This document shows positions 25,724 to 39,400 of a DNA stretch of 63,450 bases, in pieces (within the stretch, counting starts at the first letter, position 1; every line of letters starts with the position of its first letter). Origin of the DNA: Phoronis australis (Eukaryota; Animalia; Phoronida); assembly GCA_002633005.1 (NCBI GenBank), contig NMRA01000203.1, positions 3,852 through 67,301 of the forward strand, written 5' to 3'. Made by a program: the position numbers and the translations under genes. The notes beneath the pieces are model-generated. The model saw only the letters and a list, made by a program, of their open reading frames with translations, made no database searches and was not told the DNA's origin.

Positions 25724-25989
25724 CAGCAATAACAAGAATTCAGTTCCTTCCTAGCCCATAAATCATCTCTAATTTGAATTGAGGAACAAGGTGAAACCAA
25801 TTTCATTACAGTAAGTGGTAGAAATAAAACAATTATTGTTTTGAAGTAAAGCAGGTTTACAACCGCTTCATGTATTTTTTCCAAACAGTGTATTGGTTCT
25901 ACATTGTGCTTTGGGACAACATTGTGCTGGCTTTGGGACAACTTAAGAGTTATGTAGTTAAGGTGGAACAAGTGGCTGGGTGGAATGCT

Positions 25990-26129
25990 TGTAGCTTTGA
26001 AATGTATTAAACGTGCTCACTACATGTAGCTTTGAAATGTATTAAACGTGCTCACTACATGTAGCTTTGAAATGTATTAAACGTGCTCACTACATGTAGC
26101 TCTGAAATGTATTAAACGTGCTCACTACA
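25990..26129. repeat. 35-bp tandem repeat, 4 copies
   Basis: Unit TGTAGCTTTGAAATGTATTAAACGTGCTCACTACA. Confidence 0.93.
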
Positions 26130-26259
26130 GCTCAACCAAAGCTGTCGACAGTTGTTTTAATAAACATCACTAAAGTGCCGTTTAAACTACAAAAGTTGAC
26201 ACGGATCAGCTGACACGGAACAAGATGATTGAGTGCAAGTATGTGTGAAACAGGACTGA

Positions 26260-27780
26260 CAGGCCGGGTGTCAAGTTTCCTATTTTGTTGAGAGACTCCT
26301 ATTTTCTCTTACTTTTCTGTGAAATTCACATTTTTCCCTATTTTTCACTCATGGCGAGTCCAAATATAAGGCCAACAATATACCGTTGACGTTTAACTGT
26401 TGTATAATATAAGGCCAACAATATACCGTTGACGTTTAACTGTTGTGCTTAAAGCAATAGATGCTGCTGGGTTAGGTGAACTTGTTTCTTTGAGCTTCAA
26501 ACTGGGGGATATGGTTGTGTTTGTGCACTAGTGAAAGTAGAGGTACAAGAGGAATTACCTATACCCCCTGTCATGCAAACTACTATACAGGTGCAGACAA
26601 CACTTCATGGTGGTAATTTTTAGTATTTTAATAACAATGAAACTTAAGTGAATTAAAGTGATGAACAGACAAGGTACTTGTCATTGGTGAGAGTACATGG
26701 AGGCAGCTAGAGAAACTACTGAAGCGCAAGCCTGTGATGAAGAAATAGAACCTGTACTTCCAGGGCCGCTTGCCACTTCACAGCACACTGTTGAGTCCTT
26801 GGACACAGGAAAGCAAAATCTCTGTGGCAGCTATCCAAGGAGTGGGGAGGAAGGTGCAACCAAGTGCCGACGTGTCCCGGGCAATTGGAAAATGTATCAG
26901 TGTGGTAAAGGTGTGCCACCGTTTGATTACAGTGCTGAAGTTGAAGATTTCTGGAACGGTGTTTTTTCACTGAGTGGTGTTGATGGAAGAGTTAGATATG
27001 AAGTGCTTCCATCTATAGTGAAAGCTGTCTTCATCCTTGTGCAAAATGGGTAAAGCATCCATGGTAGGTCCCCTCCCTGTGAAGGAAGCTGTTAGGTTTT
27101 ATGATCCTGTGATGATAAGTCTAAGAAAATTCCATTAATAAAGGGACTCAGATTGGCCTACAAATCTGCATATTCAAATTGTCAGGCACGGCAAGAGAGA
27201 GATAGACGAGAACAGGAGGACTTACGGCAAGAAGCACAAGCAAGGAAAATTGAACAGGAGATGGCACAGTTGAAACATGAGGAAAAAAACGTTTTAGTCG
27301 GGGAAACGATCCCTCTAAAGAAGAAGAAAATGTCTTTGGAGAATTGGAGGCTGCTAATGTCAGAGGCTAATGCGAAATTGTGAGAAGCATTGTCTAGTTC
27401 ATCAGCTCTCTCCAAGCAGTCAGTGACTGTTGCATCCATAATGCTTGACTCTGCATTAGCAAAACGTGATGAACCGAGTTAATGCTTTGATGAAATCCAT
27501 GGAAAACGAAAGCATCTTGAAGGCAAAACATCTAAGCTCCTTTAAAAAGCTATATCCAGTGAACCAGTCTCTGCAAAGAAATCTAATAAAGCATAGACTG
27601 TGTGCCTAGTTTCGCTTATTTGTTTGTGACGTGTAACTTACAAACTGTCTAAGTGTTCTGTATGTGAACTGATATGAAGAATATTGTTTTGTGGTTTGAA
27701 GCTAATTTGTTTTTTGTGTGTTTTGTGCAGAGACAACAATACTCCTATTTTTCCTATTGTCATGATTTTTTCCCAGTCAG
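26260..27780 (+). mobile_element. Degenerate hAT-like transposon remnant (transposase C-terminal region); boundaries approximate
   Basis: ORF fragment VEDFWNGVFSLSGVDGRVRYEVLPSIVKAVFIL resembles the hAT dimerisation domain (FW...Y..L..l.k..l.l), followed by a broken coiled-coil tail. CTCCTATTTT subterminal motifs occur at about 26280-26345 and about 27742. Confidence 0.55.
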
Positions 27781-28773
27781 CTGTTCAGTTTCTTGTCTTC
27801 TGACTTTAACCCTGACCACCATTTATTTTGTTTGGAAATTTTCAGAAAATTACACAAAGTTAACAGTCAAGACTGGATTCAGTTCAAATGCTTGGTTATG
27901 TGCAGTAGGCCTAGTGATGACAGCGTCAATCAGCTGATGAAACATAACTCAATGTCACAAATTACATACACTTCAGGGAATTAGAAGAACCATAACAACA
28001 ACAAGAACAATAGTAATGAATTGTGACTTTTGCAATTTGCATCTTTGAGCACTCCACATTCCTGCCCACAACTTCCGCCTTGCCACCGTTTCCGAGTTAG
28101 TGTGTGTAAACGGATACTTGACTCTGATCATCTTGCGCCTTGTCAAAAATTAATGTCTAAACAGGATTAAAGAGACAAAGGATAGGCACTTGTTGAAAAT
28201 TTGCGTTGTACTAGAAACTTCATTTTAAAATGTTGTCATACTTAAAATAAACATGAAAACATGACCATGTTTGTGTGCATGTTTAATCACTGCTAATGTT
28301 CACAATTCTTTGCTTAAGTCTCAAATTAATTTTGAAAATTATTGTATTGTCAACTCTAAAGTACAACGGTACCACAGAAAGTGTCCCGTTTCGTGTGCCT
28401 AAGAAACAAAGCGTGTTTTCCTACAGTGCCTGAGTGGGAGATGCAATCATTAGTCTTGGGGAATGCCTTGCTCCACCCTGCCTTGCAAGGAAAACAATAA
28501 AGCCGATGTAGGCCTAACTTTGAATATTATAAAAAGTTTTGCTGTTACAAATTGCAACCGTAGAGCATTTAAGCGACTTACATCGCCACCTCTACAACCA
28601 CTATCTTAGTTGGTGTCTTGGGGCTAGCCCCTTTGTTTTGATTCTTTGATGGGTCAAGTTAACTTTCCCAACGAGTTGAATGGAGTTCAGAGATTGTTTC
28701 ATTTAGAAGATTCACAAACTGTTTATTTTAGTTTGAAGTTTGCAACTTCAGCTTGAACGAATTAATGCTATGT

Positions 28774-28935
28774 AGGATTTATGGAGCTGTATTTTACAAA
28801 TATGGACAGATCCCTAGGGTAATATCAGGATTTATGGAGCTGTATTTTACAAATATGGACAGATCCCTTGGGTAATATCAGGATTTATGGAGCTGTATTT
28901 TACAAATATGGACAGATCCCTTGGGTAATATCAGG
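28774..28935. repeat. 53-bp tandem repeat, 3 copies
   Basis: Unit AGGATTTATGGAGCTGTATTTTACAAATATGGACAGATCCCTTGGGTAATATC. Confidence 0.92.
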
Positions 28936-30433
28936 TCATATATGGGGAGCACTGTTGCCCAAGGCTAAAGGACCATATGACCCAACATGCCAGAAAGACG
29001 AGTCTATATTTTTTGTTTTGTTTTATGATCACCATTGCTTCTTTCCTGACCTTTTCATCTCTTATTAGGCTGTCATGTTTTTACTTGATTTGATGCACTG
29101 GCTTTGTCAGGTTCACTTTGTTTACTGTCAGGGGTTTACGGTACATTTCTACAGCATTCGATTTGTTAGTATACAAACAACGACCTGTGTCGGCTGGATG
29201 GCTTTAACAAAGAATGACATTACATGATTAGCTAGTCAGCACTTCATAACAGACCTCACTGTACTGTGTTTTAGCCAATCAGAGTGAAGGAGTATCAGTG
29301 TAATAACTTGAGGTCTAACTCAATATGCCATCTAGTCTTTTCAACATGAAGTGCTGGTTTGAAATACAAGTGAACCTTATCAGAGTTCAAGGAGATTTAG
29401 ACAATTGTATTTATTAAAAAATATATATACAGGGGTTCAGTTACAAAGGAAAATCAGTTATCTACAGAGACAGAATCAGGAAGTTGATGGAAAGTTAAAG
29501 ATTATCATTGACGTAATGTCCATATTTATCATCCTATTTTGCATTTTTTAGTTGATTTTACCAGTCACATAACTACATCCAAATATCAACACCCAAACAT
29601 TTGTTTTATCAAAAGTGAAGTAATGACATGTAAAACAATCATGGTTTCCATGCTCTGTTGATAAAAACATGACTCGGCAAATATCACTTAGTCTACTGTC
29701 GTGTTACCCACAATCCCACTGTGAGGTAGTTGTTTTGTTGAAAGGTCAGACTACGCATCACGTGATATGGGATCACATCAGGGTCAGAATCAACAGACAT
29801 GTTTGTTGGCGTGAACATCAACAAAAACACTGAAATTTCCCTTCACCGGCTATTTCATGATGGGTTTGCAAATTTTTGTTTGGAAATTTTAAAATTGGAC
29901 CGGTTCTGCAATGAAATGGAGAAATTAGCAATTTTTCTCCCAAAAATATGCATTACAAGAAATGAAGTCATTGATGACCTTTAAGACTCTCGTTAATAAG
30001 TGCAATACTGAACAATATCTTGCTACTTCAGATGTGACTGTAGTCGTTGCAATAAATCAAAGTTGTATATTAAGCCAGCTGCATTTTGTTGTCAAGACAC
30101 AGCAAGACATTTTCAGTTGGATGACTTGGGGTGAACACAAATTATTGGCAAGTACACAGCTGTATTTGCAGTATTTAAATACTTATTAAGTATTATATCC
30201 ACAAGTACCTTAAGTCATGTGCAAGGATCAAATCAACCAAAAAGATCTTAAAGGGCCTACCAAATTTGACCACTTGGTTCAATTGATGATGGAGATGACG
30301 GTGGTCAGACTGTCACTTTCATTCAAATGCCAAGACTTGATTTGCAACTTCACCTTCCACATGTATGAAGATTAATTGTAGAAACAGCTGCCAACAAATG
30401 TGAATGTGATAGAATCAAAGTTAAGTTCATTAT

Positions 30434-33400
30434 TTACATTGGAGGACAGTCGTAAATATTAATGCCTCTGTCATCTCCAACAGAACAAATCTTCATTCCA
30501 GAGTTGTTATACTTGGCACACCAAACCTGAAAATAGATTTAACCTTGATGTTGAAAAAGCGTTAAAGTAACTGAGCAAAGGTAACAGTCGACCACAGTTT
30601 AAATGACACACAACTTTTCATCATTAGTAAAGACCAGGCTCAACAAGTTGCGTTGTCACAGCGTGTCATTTTATGTTTTAAGCATGGTCTTGAAGAATAA
30701 CGAACTATCAGTTATTTGAAAACCAACAAATCACTTCCAATCTGAGAAAGGAACAACCAAAGACCAACTTTATAGTGACAATTTGGCCACTGCCAAGGAT
30801 TGCCATGGTTGGCCCCAATTTCCAGCACCATAGCTGACAATGGCCATAACACATGACAACAGGCAGTTCACAGTAAAACAAACTACAATTCCCTAGTGCC
30901 ATTCACTCATTGCAGGGATCAATTACCTGATCTGTATGTTCATAGAAAGTATGTTCACACTGCCTTGTGCCAGCATCCCATACTTTTACTGTTTTGTCAG
31001 ATGAACTAGAAAAAGAATTAGAATTCATTGCTATACTTGAATACATGAATGGATTTTAAAACATATGGTTACACCAGCTGTACCAAAAAACGTTCCAAGA
31101 TTCAGAGGATTGTACCTTCAACAATAAATGTAGGTTTTTGAAAAGTTAATAAAAGTAAATGAGTTTTAATAAAGTTAAAACTCACAGGGCCGAATCAAGA
31201 AAATTAATAGAAGAAATAATACATAATAATAATAAAGATGTGGCTTCCTGAAATAATCAATGAATAAAAGTTGCTGCACTCTTCTAAACTGCAACTGATG
31301 ACAATTTTTTCTATTACAAAATTTGTAAAAGTTATGACATGATGTGCAAGCAGTATGTGACGTGTTGTTAAACTCAAAATGCACCGCCTGTGTGTGGCTA
31401 ATTAAAGACCACAGCCATGTATTGACACTTACCAAGAGACAAAGTGAGTGTGTGTGTGTNGCATTGTCTGGACTAAATGAAACATTGAGTACCCATGACT
31501 GGTGACCCGACATAGTGCCTGCAAGGTTAGCATGTTGACTGGAATGAAAGGATTGTATTGTTATCAAAGTAAAACAGTTTTCATTCAACGTTTAAAAAAG
31601 AGTCGAAGAGAGCAAAGTATGAAGAACACTTATCTGAAAGATAGTTCACTATGAAAATGCAAGTGAAACAACGGCTGACTTAAAAATAGCAACAGATGAA
31701 TGTCTGTTATCTTCACTGCATGCAAAATGTATTTTTTTGCGTGCATACAAATTCAATCAAAATTGAATGTCTTGATTAGTACATCAACCATCAACTGTAT
31801 TCTGCAGCAATATCATTTACCAGAATAAGATATAACTTTCTGCCAGTGGAGAACTTACACGTCATACATCTTGATGTGACCATCATCAGACGCAGTAACC
31901 AGAAGTTGAGAGTCGGGTGAAAAACACAAAGAACGGATGGGAAGGGCGTGGCCTGTTGACGAGCAATTTCAGTGTAAGTTAGCGTGATGACCTTTGCACA
32001 AAATGTAACAAATAAAATGCCATGATACGCGACAAGTTAAAAATTTCTAAAAAGAAGATGGTGCCACTGCCATGAAATCAAGCATGACACCAGAAGAGTT
32101 CAATGACAAACAACTGTACTGTGATTGGCTTACAGTATGACTGGCTACTCTGCTAGTTGCATCATCATGTAACAACAAATATTCAGTGGTTAGTACCTAC
32201 CATGAAACTGAGTATGAATTACACTCAATACATATGAATTACACTCAATACATATGAATTACACTCAATACATATAAATTACACTCAATACATATAAATT
32301 ACACTCAATACATATAAAATACAAGGAAGATTTGCAAAATGTCAGATTAATTCTATGCACCTTAGTGCCACCCCTTCCTTCAAGTAAATGATTACAGACT
32401 AAACAAGAGCAATGCAGGGCATTGATATGCACCCACCATGTACATCACAAATGACAAAGATTTAAGGTTGTTCGTTTTATCAAACATTACATCAGTCAGA
32501 TCCATCTGAAAGTCAGTATCAGTGGAGTTCCCCTCATTAAAAACACACACTTCAAATCTGATGAAGATCCATCGAAGAACTCGGTAGATAAAAGGCAAAC
32601 GAAATGCCAATTTTCACCACTATGGGGCATTACTGCAGTGAGATCCATCCAAAAGTACACGCCAGCCAAACTGTCCTTGATAGGAAAACACATGCCTAAT
32701 ATCACGAAGATCCACCAAGAACTTGGTAGATATTGAGGCAGACACAGAGAAAACAAGGGAGCACCACAGTAGTCAGATCTGGCCAAAATCAACACCACAT
32801 GCCAAACTTCATGAAAATCTATCATAGAGTTGGGAAATATCGATGTAGGCACAAAAAAAAAAAAAAAATTGCCACTATAGGGCACTGCAATAGTTGGGAC
32901 TGTACTAAAATCAATGGCGACTGGACTCTCATCAATACGACCACATACGCCAAATTTCAAAAAGATCCATAGAATTTGATGGATAGTGAGGTACACGCAC
33001 AGAAAACTAAAATTGCCACTAGGGGATGCCACAGTAAGTCAGGCCGAAAATTACTGCCAGCCATACTATCCTCAGAAGGAACACATCTGCCAACTTAATT
33101 CCTCAATCAGTTTGGCGGATAACGAAGCAATGCCAAAAAAGATCAAAAATAAGAATGTCTACTCAGAAACACAGACTGAATAAGTCAAATCTGTCTGAAA
33201 TTGGGCAGCTGCCCTGGTCTCCTTCACAGAAACTTGTTAGCCAATGAAATGTCATGAAAATCTAGTCAACTTAATGAATGTGATAGATATTGAGGCACAC
33301 ACTTAGAAAACCTTAACTTCCACTAAGGGATGTTGCAGTAGGTGGACTCACCCTAACATCAACAAGTCGGGCGCTCCCAATAGCAACATATACAACAAAT

Positions 33401-36400
33401 GTTACTAAGGTACATCAAGGAACTTGGGCAAATATTGATGCAGAGGCAAAAAATGAAATTGAAACTAGGAAGCGCCACAGAAACGATAGTCGCACCAGTC
33501 TGAAAATCAGTGTCAGTCATGCTCTCTACACTAAGAGCTAGTGCTGCAGTGATTTCAAATCCATAATCGAATCATGAATATTTGGACACGATTTGATAAC
33601 AAATTCGCGGATCATGATGATAAGATTATTTTATCAATGAAAATAATTCAATATCTGTTTTTCATTTTTTTCTGAAATCACTCACTTGTTACTTGCGAAC
33701 TAAGTGTCTTATTTGCTTGACAACGTACGTAACAATCTCTTTTGGCTATGTTCTTTGAGAGGTACAAAACGACCGTTTTGCCAAAAGAGTCTAATCTCAT
33801 CCAATCACATCAACATGGCAAACGACAAAATCTTCTACTCACCGAAAAAAAATTCTTCAAGTCTGGAAATACCTTGGTTTTCAGAGTGCAAACAATTTTC
33901 AGAAAGGAGCGTGCATGTAAGTTTTATTTCAAAGACATCATATATCCCAGTTCTGGGTCCAACTTTATGCAACATTTGAAACGACATCACAGCGTCGATG
34001 TTCATAAAAACAGTGAAGACGCAACTTGTGCAGAAGCAAAAAAGCACAAAAAGGAATACCACCAAAACCAACGGTAGCGCCACCTGAAATTGGGAAGGTG
34101 TCATCATCATCTACATAGAAACCTATCTGGGAAATGTCAAAAAATCGTTCAAGGAACTTTGGCAGATACATAGGAAAACATAAAAGGGGCACAGGGGTCA
34201 TCGAATCAGTCTGAAAGTCTTCCTCTGTCCTCAGCTTCTTAGCAAAATTTCATTTAGACCCTGCCAGGGGTTTAGGAGATGCACCTGCATATGTTGCATG
34301 TCAGAGATGAGGATAATATGTAGCTATACCTGTGTGTGTGTGTGTGTGCGTGTGTGTGTGGTGTGTGNNNNNNNNNNNNNNNNNNNNNNNNNNNNNNNNN
34401 NNNNNNNNNNNNNNNNNNNNNNNNNNNNNNNNNNNNNNNNNNNNNNNNNNNNNNNNNNNNNNNNNNNNNNNNNNNNNNNNNNNNNNNNNNNNNTGTGTGT
34501 GTGTGTGTGCGTGTGTGTGTGCGTGCGTGCGTGCGTGAGTATGGGTGCAAAACTACTGCAAACCCACCTCCTGTCAAAAACTATCTACTGATTTATGCCA
34601 CTAAGTGTGATAAAAGTGATTTTACCTTGTGGTTCTTACATAGATTATAAGGGATTTCTAGGCTTCAGAAGAACTACAAGTTCAACATTGTTTGAGACCA
34701 AGTTGAATAAGTTGACTAAATACAGAGAGTCACTTAACACATCAAGCATGGTCTTAAGTAAAGGACAAGCTGTCAGTTGGTCACAAGCCTAGAAATGTCT
34801 TGACATCTGGGTAAGGAACACCATTGGAACTAATTTAACAATAGCAACTGATCTATATCAAGAGTATTATACATACCTTCAAATGTATGTACAAGTTTTC
34901 CAGTGGCCATGTCAAATATGTTCACCATGCCATCAATGGCACCACATGCAATGTATTTACCATCAGGGCTCTAAGAAAAAAATTCAAGACATTTATCCAG
35001 ATGATTGATCACTATGAAACTAACGAAAGAGACAAGAATGCAGAAAACATAAGACCACAGACTTTTCCTACTATAAAGAGGATACACAGAATATTGCTCC
35101 AAGGTGAAGCATTTTAGTAACTAGTTTATAATGGGAGATTGTCACAAAATAAAGCAAAAATACATCATATCCATGAATTCTGTCTCCCCTTGATAAGGAG
35201 GAAACCACCTTTCAAAACACCAATGTTAAAAATGTTTTCATTAAGACAAAAGTGTCCCTGAGTGACAGATAGGTACAATTACAAGCAAGCAACACTTGCT
35301 ATTAATTGGCCAAAAATCTTACACACATGTTCATTAACACACATTATTTTCTGTAGATACAAAGGAATTATAAACATAAAAATATTTACATAAGCTAAAC
35401 TGAGTGTAAATTTTCCTCTTGTATCCAGTGAGTTCTCCTTCTTCCCACTGTCAACTCCAAACAAGTGTATTTTCCCAGAGTAGCTGCCTGAGGCCAAGTA
35501 CTTGGAGTCGGGTGAAAAGCATACTGTCCACGAGTCCACTGCAATAAGACAATATTACAGGCAAGAGACACATGCTGTTTTTCAGGTTACGAATCTAGCC
35601 ATTTTACTCACCTATATTAATGAAAACACAGGCACAGAAACCATTTTGCTGAAATAACCTGATATAACAACTGGTTTATACACTGACCTAATTAAACAAA
35701 GTTAACACTTACGCATTTCACATTTTATTGAAGGTGTGTAGTCAAGAAACATGCAAGATACAGACATTATTGTTTTGAACTATTCTGATGGAAGCGTTCA
35801 TTTCTACTTTTTAAACATTGTTTGCAAAATAATAATAGACATGTTAAAGACATTTCTCCAATGATACATCACACACACACTAGCACATTATTTCCCCAAA
35901 AACACAAATAAAATTAACCAATAGTATCGTTACCATCTGTATTTCACATTAAAGGGTAAAAAAACCTGATTGTCTTTGACTTCTACACACTGGCTTGCTC
36001 ACAAAAAATAATGTAGAAAATCTGTAAGTTTGTTCCTGTATATTTGGGTGGTTACATTTCTCCCTCGTTAAAATGATTGCTAAATACATGTCCCTCAGAC
36101 GATTGCTTTATCTACCACACAACGGGGGCAACAGTCAGATATAACGCACCCCCATTTTGAGAACCACTTTGATGCCCGTCATTCACTATTAGAAAACTGG
36201 TTCTCAAAAAGGCCACTATTACCCACAACGGAGAGAATAGGCACTTTTTCTAGTCAATTGAAGTGACCAGAGGTGACCCCTACAAACAGTACACACAAAA
36301 AATTGCTCCAGTGAAGATGGAACATATGGTACAAACTAGACACTGTACTCACCTGGTCCAGCGTCTATACTTTTCATCTGTTTACCAGCTTCCAGGTCCC

Positions 36401-39400
36401 AAATCCTGATGTGACTGTCAAGACTACTAGATGCAGCCACTGGCAACACAGTCAAGGAAAGATTGGGCAGACAATACAAGCAACTACAGATACATACAAC
36501 AAAGGTACGGAGAGTGGCGCACACGAAGTAATATCCCACGAGACATTATTCAGTCACAGTCGATACGCAGAATAATGTCGACAGGGATACTACTTCAAGG
36601 ACGCCAATCCAGGTACGTTTTGTATTTATCCCTACGCTTCGAATTCCTAAGTATCTTTCATTTTTCAGCAGATTTTTTAAATACTTCACTCAGACTGTTC
36701 ACATGGCTGATCACATCCTACATGTATGTACTTGCACGTTAGGTTGCAAGCTTTCTCTAATAAAAGAAACGGTTTTAAATTAACGATTTATTTCTTGAAA
36801 AAAGATAAAAGCAATGGTAACTGTGCATTGAACTTGTATCATCTCATGAAAATAGTTAAACAACAACATTTGTTATTGTAGTCACCAAGGGAATCGCCGC
36901 CAGAGTTGCAGACGATATAATATTTAGCAATTGAAAACTGAGACAGAACTGTCAGAACAGTCCTGTTCCAGATATTACGATTGGGACCTGACTACATGTT
37001 GAGTGTTATTTACAATGCTGCAATTGTATTACTTTAAACCATTTTTGGAAAGTTTGATGATCGAACCGGCTGGTGACATTGCGTCGACATTGACCTACGT
37101 TTTGAACTTTCCATGTCAGAGGTCACTGTTGAAGTAGTGTGGGAGGTGAATACTGAAAACATTATTACATGGCCGTATTTCCCTCGACTGATTCAATGCA
37201 TATGGATAAATGTTTTAACTAAAGGTTCAATAGCAGTATCACAATAAATCTGAAAATAACTCATTAATCACTTAATTTTTGCATAATTATTCACATACTA
37301 TTCTGTGTTAGTAATCACTTTGTTGCAACACAAATTTGAACAGTGTCTCTTACAAAAACTGCATTTCACCCTGTTTAGCGGGCAAAAACGAAAATTGAAT
37401 TAGGCCTCAGAATATTCCATACCACGCTAGGATTCCATTTCTGTTACCAACAATACTGTAATACTGAAACCATCAGCGACTCAAGAAAATGCTTCGGAGT
37501 ACATTGGAATTAATTAAGTTAACCCTAAAATTCCAAATAAAAAAATAACACGTATACGCATTTCCAGTGACTTAATCTGCCAACTCATTTGGCAACAATT
37601 CAAGATCATATGAGTGTGGTAATGTTATTAAACCAAAAAGTGTTTTGGTTAAGAATTCAACATTGACAGCTAGGCACATTTACTCATTGCAAAGATTGTA
37701 TAAATTTAATTTTTCTTAACAACAGCAGTATTGAAACAGAAGTGACACACATCACTAAAGAATATTTCCTTAATATCTTTATCATGTTGTTTTATAACAT
37801 ATTTTGCATTCTAAGTCACATTGTGCCATTTTTTAAAAAGGATACTTGACCCATTGCTGTTAATGTCCACTGAGACAATGCCGAGTTGATGCCCTTCCAG
37901 AGTGTGTCGCAGTGTTAGCTTATCTGAAGACCTGAGCACATGAACCAAAGGATAACATAGAGGAACTGTTTGGGACACAGCTTATAAGAATTTGTGCAAC
38001 TTTTGTTACCTTGTGTTTTGTCAGTATCAGTTCAATTACACATATCTCAATTAATGATCAGATCTAGAATCACTGTTCAGAACATAAGTTAGGATGTTCT
38101 TCAGTACATCCATGAGTCATTGTGACTGCAAGGACTAAAGGTTCAGATGAACCAGCTTCCATCCCTCCCCCACGGAGAGACTTGACCAAAACAAAATGCC
38201 ACCAACACACCAATTTGGTCTGTCGTCAACACCTGTACCAGGGGACATTGTTGTTAGGATCTACCCAGACAATATCCTAGATCTCACAATACAAGATTGA
38301 ATACATTCAGTTACGATAATTTGAATGATACGAATCCTGTGATCCATACAAAACTAATTTCTGTTTTTGGAAGACTTATTAAGCACCAGAAGATAAACAG
38401 TGTCTCCATTCCATGGAATGAACAATCACGATATTCTGCATTACCTTGCAACTATGGTAACAGTGACAAGTCTTTCAGTAAATGAATCTACATATACCTG
38501 AACTGTTTAAAGTGGCAGTGTTGTTCTATACACTATTCTTTAGTGATTACAATGATGACTGATACCCACCACTTCCAAACTTTAACAAAGTCATCTACAG
38601 AGCCAGTAACAATGTTATCTGTTCCATCTTTTTCATTGATTGACCAGGCACAGCTCCAAATGCTGTCTGCATGAGCTAAAACAAATTAAAATGGTTTCAA
38701 CTTGCACAAAAACAAACACAAATTAATTGATTTATTTATAAAAGCTCAAGGAATTTCAAGTGGATTGCCACTAGCAAGGATGTAGGAACTGGACAGTTAA
38801 AAACTACAAATTTAAGATTTAGTACAAACATGTTTTTCACAATGTAGAGAATCTCATTTTAGTGTGCACTTTTAAAAGCTTTAATACTTGTTTTGTTAAA
38901 TGATTCTAGAACTCAAAAGCACTCAGCATTATCAAAGGGTTTTCAATGTTCTTTTTTCTATTTTTGAGATTTGGGTTATCATAAACCGTACCTGTCCGGG
39001 TTACCACCCATGCTCGGCTTACCGCCCACAACCGAAAATTTCAATTTTTCATTTTAAGCAGCTATGCTTGGCTTACAGCCCACCCCCAATTTTTCATGAT
39101 CGAAACTTCCTTAAAAGTGTCTGTTCTTCTGTGAACATTCGTCGAACAACATTAAGATTCCAAAAAGTGCGCAACTCGCTTTCTGTGACAATCAATCAGT
39201 TTTAGGGGAACCGGGACCTTACCTTATTATGGGGTAAAATACCCGTATTCTCATGCCCTTTACTGAAGGAGACACAATTGTTTCTTTTGGCTCACGAGCG
39301 GAACTCGTGTTGGCATGTACTGATCACTGAGAGAGTGGAAGAACCAGCAAAGCGGTACTTGACATGAATTTCACCCAACCAAAAGCAACTGCGCAAGAAA

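Larger units (their letters stand above)
32401..34580 (-). mobile_element. HINE/DINE-1-like element (same family as 12127-13800 and 46690-49455), interrupted by a hAT fragment
   Basis: Terminus AAACAAGAGCAATGCAGGGCATTGATATGCACCC and GCCACTAGGGG core units. GGGGTTTAGGAGAT (about 34267) next to a microsatellite mirrors ATCTCCTAAACCCC at about 46832 and about 47132. Confidence 0.55.

Noticed and set aside
25061-25735. 223 aa ORF, the longest in the track
   Set aside because: Its length comes from a 54-bp tandem repeat; there is no domain or splice support.
31539-31858. A further U12 intron in WDR61 (ATCCTTTCAT near the acceptor)
   Set aside because: The donor is canonical U2 GTAAGT, and the motif is adequately explained as a pyrimidine tract.
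34272-34650. ORFs across the N-run
   Set aside because: They are artefacts of the microsatellite and the gap.
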